A DNA stretch of 32,000 nt from an uncultured archaeon (GTDB taxonomy: Archaea; Asgardarchaeota; Lokiarchaeia; Sigyniarchaeales; Promethearchaeaceae). Positions 18,961 through 27,756 of the stretch are shown here, piece by piece (within the stretch, counting starts at the first letter, position 1; the number at the start of each line of letters is the position of its first letter). The notes under the pieces were generated by a model. It worked only from the letters and a program-made list of their open reading frames with translations. It made no database searches and was not told where the DNA came from. The position numbers were made by a program, and so were the translations under genes. Where the stretch lies: assembly GCA_964426185.1 (NCBI GenBank), contig CAYRPF010000013.1, positions 21,896 through 53,895 on the forward strand. The letters are read 5' to 3'.

Positions 18961-19680
18961 GTGTCCAATGAAAAGGATAAGAATCGAAGATTTGATGAAA
19001 ATGGTGAAAGTTATATAGAAGATGAAAAATTTTTACAAAAACGTTGTGAAATGGTTGATAAACTCCATCGACAAGACATCCTTCAAAGTGAACCCGTAAT
19101 TCAAGCAATGCTTCATACTCCCCGTCAATTATTTGTGCCAAATCATCTACACAATGCAGCATATCAAGATTCTCCACTTCCAATCGGGAAACACCAAACT
19201 ATTTCTGCTCCACATATGCATGCCATGATGTGTGAGTATCTTGAAATTAGTCCAGGTATGAAAGTACTGGAAATCGGTACCGGAAGTGGTTATCATACTG
19301 CACTTCTCAGTTACTTGGTTGGAAAAGATGGAATTGTCTTTACTATTGAACGTATCAAGGATTTAGCAGAAATGGCACAAAAAGTCTTCCGAATATTGCA
19401 TCTACAGAATATTAAAATGAAAATAACAGATGGCACCAAAGGTTGGCCAGAACATGCCCCTTATGACCGAATTCTGGTAACCGCCGCAAGTCCCAACATT
19501 CCAGAAATTTTAATCGAACAACTTTCATCTAAAAATGGTTTAATCTGCATTCCTACTGGCTCCCAATATGGAAACCAAGAATTGCTAGTAGGTAAGAAGT
19601 TTAAAGGCAACTTTCAAACAATCAAAAAATGCGATGTCCGGTTTGTACCCTTAATCGGTAAATATGGTTTCAAGCCATAA
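18961..19680 (+). CDS. pcm: Protein-L-isoaspartate O-methyltransferase
   Basis: AYQDSPLPIG..QTISAPHM, VLEIGTGSGY, APYDRI.VTAA and VRFVPL.G. Confidence 0.95.
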   Translation: MSNEKDKNRRFDENGESYIEDEKFLQKRCEMVDKLHRQDILQSEPVIQAMLHTPRQLFVPNHLHNAAYQDSPLPIGKHQTISAPHMHAMMCEYLEISPGMKVLEIGTGSGYHTALLSYLVGKDGIVFTIERIKDLAEMAQKVFRILHLQNIKMKITDGTKGWPEHAPYDRILVTAASPNIPEILIEQLSSKNGLICIPTGSQYGNQELLVGKKFKGNFQTIKKCDVRFVPLIGKYGFKP

Positions 19681-19760
19681 ATTACCTTAATGAAAGGTAC
19701 CAAGTCAAATTTTTTCTCTGAGTATCTTTTTTATCAAAAAAAAATTCATGAAAAATCTTC

Positions 19761-20534
19761 TTACTCCGGAGTAATAAGATAAAGTTGAAATTGTGCTAAA
19801 ATTTGTTCCCGAAGAGCATTTCTATCTAAATTTTTTTCTGCTTCTTCAATTTGAGAAATTTTCGCTCGAGTTTCAGGAAATTTAGGATTATATTGACAAG
19901 CTACTCCATCTAATAAACTAAGTTCATAAAATTCGAGTTTTTGACTGAGTTTAATTACATCTAATTTATCAAAACCAATTAAAGGCCGAATAACCGGGAT
20001 TTCATGATTGATTTGATGAACTACATACAAATTATCCAAAGTTTGCGAAGCTTGTTCTCCTAAAATATCTCCATTAACAATAAATTGCGCTTTGGTAATT
20101 AGGGCGACATTTTTTGCAATATCCATCATTGTACGTTTACAAATCAAGCATGTTAATCGAGTAGGGCATACTTCTTGAAATATTCTTAATAACGGATCAT
20201 AATCCAAAAATAGCATGTATAAAACTTGGTGGGTTAATTCTACCAATTTTTGACCAACTGCCAGGATTTTTTTCAAATTAATTTCCTTCTGTTCTCCTCC
20301 ATTCAAAAAAGAAATGGAAATACAATCCATACCCTGCCGCATCATTAAATATGTTGCGATGGGACTGTCCAATCCTGTAGAAAGGAGAGAAACGAATAAA
20401 GGATGTACTTTGAGAGTCTTCTCACGATTGGAACTATCACTACTTCCTTCTCCTTTTTTCACCTCATTTTGAGCGGAAAAGAGATTTTTTAAAGTGGTCA
20501 AAGCGGGGGATTCAATTTTCATGGTTTGGGGCAA
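19761..20534 (-). CDS. ThiI-like PP-loop sulfurtransferase, catalytic domain only (no THUMP)
   Basis: LLSTGLDSP.A, CLICKR.M, GDILGEQASQTLDNL, RPLIGFDK and a distal Cys (ACQY.P..P). Confidence 0.82.
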   Translation of the reverse strand: MPQTMKIESPALTTLKNLFSAQNEVKKGEGSSDSSNREKTLKVHPLFVSLLSTGLDSPIATYLMMRQGMDCISISFLNGGEQKEINLKKILAVGQKLVELTHQVLYMLFLDYDPLLRIFQEVCPTRLTCLICKRTMMDIAKNVALITKAQFIVNGDILGEQASQTLDNLYVVHQINHEIPVIRPLIGFDKLDVIKLSQKLEFYELSLLDGVACQYNPKFPETRAKISQIEEAEKNLDRNALREQILAQFQLYLITPE

Positions 20535-20807
20535 TTTTGATCTAGACAGTATTTTCCACCAATAAAAAGAAGATTAGGCACCCAATGAACTTTCGGAGGG
20601 CTTCTATTTTTCTTGTTTTTTTTATTTGATATTTAAACTCTGGGGAATTACCACGTGATAATATTTGGATATTCTCGTAATATTCCCATCATAGTAATCT
20701 TCTTGATTAGGTGGGCCGGATCTTTCATGATTAGTAAAACCTTGAAAACCTCAGTCCGGTGAACATTTATTAACCTTAACACCCATCTGACTTTGGACTC
20801 AGAATTT

Positions 20808-20813
20808 AGGTGA
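20808..20813 (+). promoter_or_regulatory. Shine-Dalgarno AGGTGA of the PAC2 gene
   Basis: Complementary to the 16S 3' end (TCACCT) seen in this window, and 9 nt upstream of ATG 20823. Confidence 0.6.
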
Positions 20814-20822
20814 CATGTTCTC

Positions 20823-21629
20823 ATGCAAAATTTCCGATTCATTCAATTTACTCCACTTCAAGCTACCGATCTTATCAATCCCCTTTGCATTATAGGAATG
20901 CCGGGAATTGCAGATATTGGTAAATTCGCTGTTGATCAACTTATCGGCATATTTAAAGCCACGAAATATTGTGAAATTATCTTTAATGATTACCCCGCAG
21001 GGGCAATTATTGATAATAGTTTATTATCTACCCCTAAAGCGGAAATTCTCTTCTATAAAGACCCTAAAAAACGTCAAGACTTGATTTTTATCACAGCTGA
21101 TGCCCAAGCGATGTCTCCCCGGGGAATATACGAAATCTCAGATTACTTAGCCACCATCATTCATAAGCTTAATATTTCTAAAGTGTTATCATTGGGCGCC
21201 TATCCCACCAAAAAAGCTAAACCAGATGAAATTAATATATATGTAACATCTACTGATTCCACGGCAATTAAACGCTTATCAGAAACAGGTGAAGCCAAAA
21301 AAGTAAGTAAAGGAGTAATTATTGGCGCAAATGGATTAATTCCAACCATCGCTAAGGCCCGATTTGGAATTGAAGGAACCGTGCTACTGGCTGAAACAGA
21401 TAATGCAGCAGTCATGAATGAAAATTTCACCGATTTGCAAGCATCTGTCCAATTATTGGAAAAAGTAGGCAAATTCTATCATCTCCCCATTGAAAATGCA
21501 TACAGTGACACTCGTATCAATGAAATTTCAGATGATCTGGAAAATAAGCGAAAAGCACTTGAAGAAGAACTCGATTCATTCCAGCCGAAGGTAAAATTAA
21601 GCGAAACAGACAAATCACTCTATATTTAG
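20823..21629 (+). CDS. PAC2 family proteasome assembly chaperone/activator (PbaA/PbaB-like)
   Basis: GMPGIADIGK.A, AD.Q, SLGAY, IIGANGL and LLAET, with a C-terminal HbYX motif (LYI). Confidence 0.88.
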   Translation: MQNFRFIQFTPLQATDLINPLCIIGMPGIADIGKFAVDQLIGIFKATKYCEIIFNDYPAGAIIDNSLLSTPKAEILFYKDPKKRQDLIFITADAQAMSPRGIYEISDYLATIIHKLNISKVLSLGAYPTKKAKPDEINIYVTSTDSTAIKRLSETGEAKKVSKGVIIGANGLIPTIAKARFGIEGTVLLAETDNAAVMNENFTDLQASVQLLEKVGKFYHLPIENAYSDTRINEISDDLENKRKALEEELDSFQPKVKLSETDKSLYI

Positions 21630-22282
21630 CGGATTTATTGTGTAAGGTATTAGATTCTTAATTGTTTTTACTTTTTCGCTGCTTTTTTCCTTTATTCATC
21701 ATTTCTTTCTTTTTTTCGTACCTCTTTTCTCAGCTCGTATTTAGTGTGGGTTATTTTGATTTATCTCAATTATTTTCACAATTATCTTTTTCTATAAAAA
21801 GTCCCTATCAAGTAAAGATTATAGGGAATTAATAGTTGACTAAATCATAAGTATTTGTTGACTATGGGATAACAGAACATTAGGTTTGAGATTTTGCCTA
21901 ATTCAATAAATAATTTGTCCCGAATTCGCTAACAGAAAAAAAGAAAAAAAGATATAATAATTGAGGGTATTTTAAATTTCAAAGATTAGAAGTTTTTCAT
22001 TCCTTCATCTTAATTCTCCCGACTCAAATCTAAAATATCCTTCCTTATTTTTTGTCGATTTAACCAAGGTGCCAAATTCAAGATATGAAAATCAATAATT
22101 ATAATAAAAACGACATCAGATTGAAGAATTTATAAGCAGGATGGTAAATTTTTAACAAATTCTTTGAAAAAATCGAGTTCGACAAAAAAAGAATTGCGAT
22201 ATTTCAGAATTAAGTCGGAAATATATAAATGATCTTCAAAAAAACGTTTAAATTATAAAAAATAAAATATCCTCAATTATTA

Positions 22283-23245
22283 TTATAACTCTTCGCCATA
22301 AACCTCGTAAAATTTATCCTTAACACTTTCCAGAGTAAAAATCTGGTTCTGTGGCCCAACTGTCGCAATCACATGCCCCGCAATAATCGCACCTACTTTA
22401 CAAGCTTTCACTAAAGACATATCGTGATATAATCCATACAACAACCCAGCTCGAAATGCATCTCCTGCACCAGTAGTATCGGCTACTTCATGAACGGACA
22501 TAGCTTTTATTTGCACCTTGCTTTCGCCCCAATAGCACACAGCACCTTTATCCCCTCGAGTTTCAATCACCATTGGATTCAGTGCCCTTAACCCTTCCAG
22601 ATCTGTTTCAAGAATGTTTTGAAGCTTGCTGATTTCAAATTCGTTTCCGATTATTAGATCGGCGTTTGGAATTAATTCCAGCAGATCAGATTTTGAAAAA
22701 TAATGAACCATTTGCCCTGGATCAAATATAAAGGGAATTTCCAAATCAATCAATTCCTTTGCCCAAGACACCATCGCTACTGGGTTATCTGGACTCACGG
22801 ATGCCACTTTAATCTGGTCTTTGGTAACACCCATGTCCACCAATTGAATTTCTGGACACTTTTTCATCGCACCTTCATGAAATATTATTACTTGATTGTG
22901 ATTTTTATCATTTACAATATAGCATGATGCCGTAAATTCTTCATGATGTACCTTCCCCCAAAATTCTACACCTTTCATCTCTTTAATGTGATCTATATAT
23001 CCCATTTTCTCAAAATCTTGACCCACACTGGTAATAATCTTTGTTGGAACCTCAATCAATCCCAAATTATAGGAAATATTACCAGCCGTGCCCCCAAAAC
23101 TAAGCTTTTTCGAATCTGGTAATACTGCAAGGTTAAAAACCTTCTTTTTCTTATCTATACTAACATTATCATTAAAATCACCAGGAAAGTGCATAATATA
23201 GTCATAGGCAATGGAGCCAAGCACCAAAACTGATCGATTAGGCAT
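22283..23245 (-). CDS. PfkB/ribokinase family kinase (nucleoside kinase-like)
   Basis: GSIAYD, FGGTAGNI, FDPGQ, NEFE, TRG.KG and DTTGAGDAFRAG. Confidence 0.92.
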   Translation of the reverse strand: MPNRSVLVLGSIAYDYIMHFPGDFNDNVSIDKKKKVFNLAVLPDSKKLSFGGTAGNISYNLGLIEVPTKIITSVGQDFEKMGYIDHIKEMKGVEFWGKVHHEEFTASCYIVNDKNHNQVIIFHEGAMKKCPEIQLVDMGVTKDQIKVASVSPDNPVAMVSWAKELIDLEIPFIFDPGQMVHYFSKSDLLELIPNADLIIGNEFEISKLQNILETDLEGLRALNPMVIETRGDKGAVCYWGESKVQIKAMSVHEVADTTGAGDAFRAGLLYGLYHDMSLVKACKVGAIIAGHVIATVGPQNQIFTLESVKDKFYEVYGEEL

Positions 23246-23412
23246 AGTTTATTGAATGTCCCATCCCGAAAAAGGTTCCCGATCTTGTGACAATTTTGAC
23301 ATGATCAGCCTTGAGCTTATGTTTTTTGCAGTGAATAAGTTTCAGAAAATTTATCCCTTATTGTAATCAGCTATTTTTACTGCACATATCAAAATTGTTT
23401 CTGAAAAAGAGA

Positions 23413-23488
23413 TGGCGCAGGAGACAGGGATCGAACCTGCGACCTGCCGGTTAACAGCCGACCGCTCTACCGACTAAGCTACTCCTGC
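23413..23488 (-). tRNA. tRNA-Asn(GTT), CCA encoded
   Basis: GCAGGAG/CTCCTGC-G-CCA acceptor, GTCGG-CTGTTAA-CCGGC anticodon arm and TTCGATC T-loop. Confidence 0.95.
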
Positions 23489-23968
23489 ATATGGAAAAAG
23501 AATATTTCATTTCATTAATTGATAATAAACAAAAAGAAGAACATTGGATAAATTAAAAATTTTTTTGTACGGGCTTTTTTTCAAGAAAGTGAATGCATTG
23601 CAATCCGGTTTATAATAATAAATATAGTGATTTCATTGGCTTTGATTTATTCGAAGAATCAAAAGACAAATATCAATTTCATGCTGCCTAATCTCTTTAT
23701 CCACATAATTATCGGGTGCAACTCTAAAGATGATTAATTTTGAGAGAGTAGCTAAATAAGCAATTAAAAAAAATTCTCCATAAAGAAGTATATCCCATGC
23801 AAACTTAAATCTACGAGGTTCCTAAAAAATTAGGCAAGTTGGGAAGGGCAATATATAATTTTTACGGTTTCTTGAAAGAACGCGACATAATTGACGGGGA
23901 GAGCCCCATCTTCGAAAAATTTTAAAATTATGACCCATTACAATACTTGTTCAAAACTGATTCTTTTT

Positions 23969-24041
23969 GCCCACGTAGTGTAGAGGTCAAGCATCTCGGG
24001 CCTTCACCCCGATGACCAGGGTTCGAGTCCCTGCGTGGGCA
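23969..24041 (+). tRNA. tRNA-Glu(TTC) with C at position 33
   Basis: GCCCACG/CGTGGGC-A acceptor, TCGGG-CCTTCAC-CCCGA anticodon arm and CAGGG-TTCGAGT-CCCTG T-arm. Confidence 0.85.
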
Positions 24042-24128
24042 CTACTTCTAATCTCTGGGCAAAATATTGATTGAAAGTCAAATCGGAGCAATTTGCTCGT
24101 TTTAAAATTTTTTTCTTCTTATTTTATC

Positions 24129-25145
24129 TTATTCTTCATATTTAGAAGAAACAATAACATTGACACTATTTATGAATTTTTCAGTGATATGATCTGGTCC
24201 AATCACGTCTAGGATGGACCGAACTATATTCCGTGCCTCACAAAGGATTGGCACTGCACCATACATCATAGGGAATAAACATACAAATGATACAGGTAAA
24301 ATGATTTCACTCCCGCTCGCAGGATCCTTGAAGTGAAGTTTACCACATGGATTACTCAAAATTCCATAAAAATTATCTGGATCAGGACCTGAAACACAAA
24401 AATAAGAAATTAATCCTCCAATGTTCATTGAATCCGCTTCTTCTATCATTTTCTGAAATCCAACGTTGGCATTAGCACTAAAAGCATCAACAGAGAGCAA
24501 ACTGACATCATCAGGAGATAAATCACGAGCATCAATCGTTAATCCACTGGAATTAACTAGACCGTACTGAATAAAAATAGGGTTTTGAATAGAATCTAAT
24601 ATATGAGAAATATTTTGATTTAATTCACGTGATTGATAATCTGAAGGAGTATAAGATGTTAAAGGAATCTCTGTCCCCATACAACTTAAATAAATTGCAC
24701 TTCGGACGTTATTACTAAAGATTTCTAATTCTTCTTCACTAATTTCACCTGTTCCGAAAAAATTATGAATTTCTCGTCGTAAATGATATATACTGGAACC
24801 GATATTATCAGCATTTAAAGGCCATTCCATGTTATAATCATGAACAATAGTTAACAATGTTTGGTGAATCCGAACAGTGATCAAACATATTTTTTCAAAA
24901 AATGAAAAAGCTATAATTTGATCTCGAATACCTAAATCCGTCCAATTTTCCTCACTAGATGAAAAGGCTGCTGAAGAAACACTAGTTATTGCACTACTAT
25001 CTAAAATTAAATCGGTACTGCGTCCTGTTTTGGCAATACTTAACCCATTTTCATCAGATAATAGTGCCATGATGGTAGCTTTTGAAGAACGGATAATGGA
25101 AGATAAATGTTTCACTAAAGTTTCCCGAACACTCATTTTTCTCAA
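24129..25145 (-). CDS. Tandem Roadblock/LC7-like domain protein
   Basis: Two repeats of helix, then L.D/N..GL.I, then a small-residue-rich helix (LSDENGLSIA..ITSVSSAAF; LVNSSGLTID..FSANANVGF). Confidence 0.68.
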   Translation of the reverse strand: MRKMSVRETLVKHLSSIIRSSKATIMALLSDENGLSIAKTGRSTDLILDSSAITSVSSAAFSSSEENWTDLGIRDQIIAFSFFEKICLITVRIHQTLLTIVHDYNMEWPLNADNIGSSIYHLRREIHNFFGTGEISEEELEIFSNNVRSAIYLSCMGTEIPLTSYTPSDYQSRELNQNISHILDSIQNPIFIQYGLVNSSGLTIDARDLSPDDVSLLSVDAFSANANVGFQKMIEEADSMNIGGLISYFCVSGPDPDNFYGILSNPCGKLHFKDPASGSEIILPVSFVCLFPMMYGAVPILCEARNIVRSILDVIGPDHITEKFINSVNVIVSSKYEE

Positions 25146-25380
25146 CTTCGAAGTGCGATTTTTGTTATACCTATTTTATTTATTACTAATATCATAATTA
25201 AGAATACCGTAAATATTTCGACTTCGATATTTTTTTTTAGGAAATCTGATGATCTTATTTTAGGCATTTATGAATTTTTTTCCAATAAATTGATTAAGAC
25301 AGTATGAAAAACTGTATCTATTAAAATTTGAATAAGAACTTTAAAAATAAGAATTAAAAAATGGTTTTACAAAAAAAACA

Positions 25381-25464
25381 TGCGGGGAGAGGGCTTCGAA
25401 CCCTCGCGGCGCTAAGCACTGGATCCTAAGTCCAGCATCGTGGACCAGACTTGATTATCCCCGC
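25381..25464 (-). tRNA. tRNA-Leu(TAG)
   Basis: GCGGGGA/TCCCCGC-A acceptor, CTGGA-CTTAGGA-TCCAG anticodon arm, a long variable arm and GAGGG-TTCGAAG-CCCTC T-arm. Confidence 0.93.
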
Positions 25465-25532
25465 GATTTACAAAGGCAAAAGTGTTTATACTAGTCAACG
25501 TTTCAAAATATATAAAAATTCCCTCAGTAAAA

Positions 25533-26012
25533 ATGATGACACAAGAACCTCATTTATTCTGCTTATATTTACAACAAGATGATCCTAAAAAAAATACAAT
25601 AATGCGACTAACAAAGTTTAACTTGGTCAAAATTGGAAAGAGATTGCACCAATTTCCTAAAAAAGCAATAATTTTAGATCCCTTTTCAGATCGAGAAATA
25701 TCTTCGCTAGATCACGGTCAAATTGCAAAATTTGGAATAATTGTAATTGATTGTTCTTGGGAACAGATAGATACCATTTTTAATAGAAAATTCCCTACAG
25801 GAAGAAGGCTTCCTCATCTATTAGCAGCAAATACAGTGAATTATGGTAAATGGGACAGACTTAGTTCTGCTGAAGCTTTAGCTGCAGGGCTATATATTGG
25901 AGGATTTCCAAAAAAAGCCCAAGAAATTTTAAATGTATTCAAATGGGGTCCCGCTTTTTGGAATATTAATCAAGATTTTTTCTCCCAAAAAAAAACAAGA
26001 TATTATAGTTAA
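25533..26012 (+). CDS. tsr3: SSU rRNA aminocarboxypropyltransferase Tsr3 (DUF367)
   Basis: QDDPKKNT, IDCSW, R.LP.LLAAN.VNYGK..LSSAEALAA and FKWG..F..IN. ATG 25533 is preferred over GTG 25482. Confidence 0.92.
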   Translation: MMTQEPHLFCLYLQQDDPKKNTIMRLTKFNLVKIGKRLHQFPKKAIILDPFSDREISSLDHGQIAKFGIIVIDCSWEQIDTIFNRKFPTGRRLPHLLAANTVNYGKWDRLSSAEALAAGLYIGGFPKKAQEILNVFKWGPAFWNINQDFFSQKKTRYYS

Positions 26013-26052
26013 TTATCTTTCAAAAAGGAGAAAAAAATAGAAAATTAAATTA

Positions 26053-27636
26053 CTACTTACCTTTTGCCCTAATATAATCATCTATTCTAATAAAAATCAC
26101 AGCCAATTCAGTGGCTAAATTATAGATATGCCATTTCGTATCCATTACTTCCAGTATTCCATGTTCTTGAACATCTACAATTGTCCGAGTAACAGCATCA
26201 AATCCATACCATTTATTTTGATCATAGTCCACTTGAGAGCGCAAGGAAGTAAGTATATCGAGGGGATCATTACCTGAATTTTCAATCAATACATTGGGGA
26301 TAATTTCCAAGGCATTTGCAAAATTTTCGATAGAAATTTGTTGTTTTCCTCCAACCTTTTCTGCATATTTCAGAAGTCGTTTCCGTAATTCAATTTCGAT
26401 GGAGCCTCCTCCTCCTACATATTTAGGATGTTCGATGAACGTTTTTAATGCATGTAACCCATTTTTTAAAGAACGTTCAGCATCATTGACAACCGTATCG
26501 GTGCTTCCTCTCACTAGAATTGTAATTGCCTTTGGATTACGACAATTTTCAATAAATACCATGTTTTCTCCTCCAATCTTCCTTTCAATGACTTTACCTG
26601 CATCTCCTAAATCATCTGATGATAAATCTTTAACCCGATTTATTATAGTTGCTCCTGTTGCCTTCGCAAGTTTTTGCATATCGGAATTCTTTACTCGACG
26701 AACCGCAAGAATGCCGTGTTGAGCCAAGAAATGCTGGGCTGTTTCATCAATTCCTTTTTGGCAAAAAACAACATTTGCACCAGTTGCTACAATTGAATCT
26801 ACTAAATTCTTGATAATGTGTTCTTCTTCTTCTAAAAATCGCTGAATTTCATCTGGAGCATTAATCTGAATTTCAGAGGAGAAATCAGTTTTAACAACTT
26901 CCAATGCACCATTTAGTAACGCAATTTTAGCATTTTCAATATTTTTGGGTAAAATTGGACTAACCACTTCTTTATCAATTATTATTCCATCAATAAACTG
27001 AGTAGAATGTAAACTTCTTCCACTTCTTTTGATAATTTGAATGTTATCCAAATCAATGTATGGATTACTCTCTCTATATTCTGTGATTTTATCAACAGCT
27101 TTAATGATGATATCTACAAATAAATCGCGAGAATCCATTAAAGATTTGCTGTTTAAAGCAGTCTGAACTAAAGCTTTCTTTATGATTGATTCTTGCTCTG
27201 GAGATACTGCAATAGAAAGATGATCAAGTTCATTTTTTACATACTTTATCGCTTTTAAGAAACCATCATAAATAATCGCCGGTGGTAAATTCATTGAAAG
27301 CATTTCTTCGACCTTTTCCATCAAAGCACCGATAAAGAGAACAACAGAACTTGCACCATCACCAACATTTTTATGGATGGTTTTCGCTAAATCTACAATC
27401 ATTTTTGCAGTAGGATTGTCGATACTAAGCTCTTCTAATATTTTTGCTCCATCATTTGTGATTGTTAAATCTCCCAGAGAATCAACTAACATCTTGTTTA
27501 ATCCTTTGGGACCGATTGTTGTTCGGATTGTCTCTGCTAAAATTTTAATGACTTCAATATTGGATTTTAATGCATCTTTACCTCTAATTTGTTCGGTATT
27601 TTCTTTTAACAGTAAAAATTGTTGTTGGTTATTCAT
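26053..27636 (-). CDS. Group II chaperonin (thermosome) subunit, divergent
   Basis: GPKG..KMLVD..GD..ITNDG, GIIIDKE, GANVVFCQKGID, AVRRVK.SD and RIDD. Confidence 0.93.
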   Translation of the reverse strand: MNNQQQFLLLKENTEQIRGKDALKSNIEVIKILAETIRTTIGPKGLNKMLVDSLGDLTITNDGAKILEELSIDNPTAKMIVDLAKTIHKNVGDGASSVVLFIGALMEKVEEMLSMNLPPAIIYDGFLKAIKYVKNELDHLSIAVSPEQESIIKKALVQTALNSKSLMDSRDLFVDIIIKAVDKITEYRESNPYIDLDNIQIIKRSGRSLHSTQFIDGIIIDKEVVSPILPKNIENAKIALLNGALEVVKTDFSSEIQINAPDEIQRFLEEEEHIIKNLVDSIVATGANVVFCQKGIDETAQHFLAQHGILAVRRVKNSDMQKLAKATGATIINRVKDLSSDDLGDAGKVIERKIGGENMVFIENCRNPKAITILVRGSTDTVVNDAERSLKNGLHALKTFIEHPKYVGGGGSIEIELRKRLLKYAEKVGGKQQISIENFANALEIIPNVLIENSGNDPLDILTSLRSQVDYDQNKWYGFDAVTRTIVDVQEHGILEVMDTKWHIYNLATELAVIFIRIDDYIRAKGK

Positions 27637-27756
27637 TATTGACCACTCCTTTGATAGGAAGTCTAAGTCATGAAAAATTTTAAATTTAACTTTAATGATT
27701 ATCGATTTTTTTATGTGTTATTTTCAGTTTTATATTAAATATATGATGTCAATATC

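Noticed and set aside
20715-20760. Eukaryote-like SECIS (ATGA..AAA..GA)
   Set aside because: The helix II region is too short, it is not in a 3' UTR, and no in-frame UGA selenoprotein is adjacent.
20570-20822. RNase P or SRP RNA
   Set aside because: The conserved GAGGAAAGUCC/ACAGAA..GGCUUA and SRP helix 8 motifs were not found on either strand.
20648-20842. 64-aa minus-strand ORF, or Nop10 upstream of PAC2
   Set aside because: It overlaps the PAC2 start and has no Nop10 motifs (CxxC, HP..FSP.D).
23969-24041. tRNA-Sec (UCA)
   Set aside because: It has a standard 7/5 fold and a 4-nt variable loop, and the stem register centres TTC. It lacks the long acceptor, D and variable arms of tRNA-Sec.
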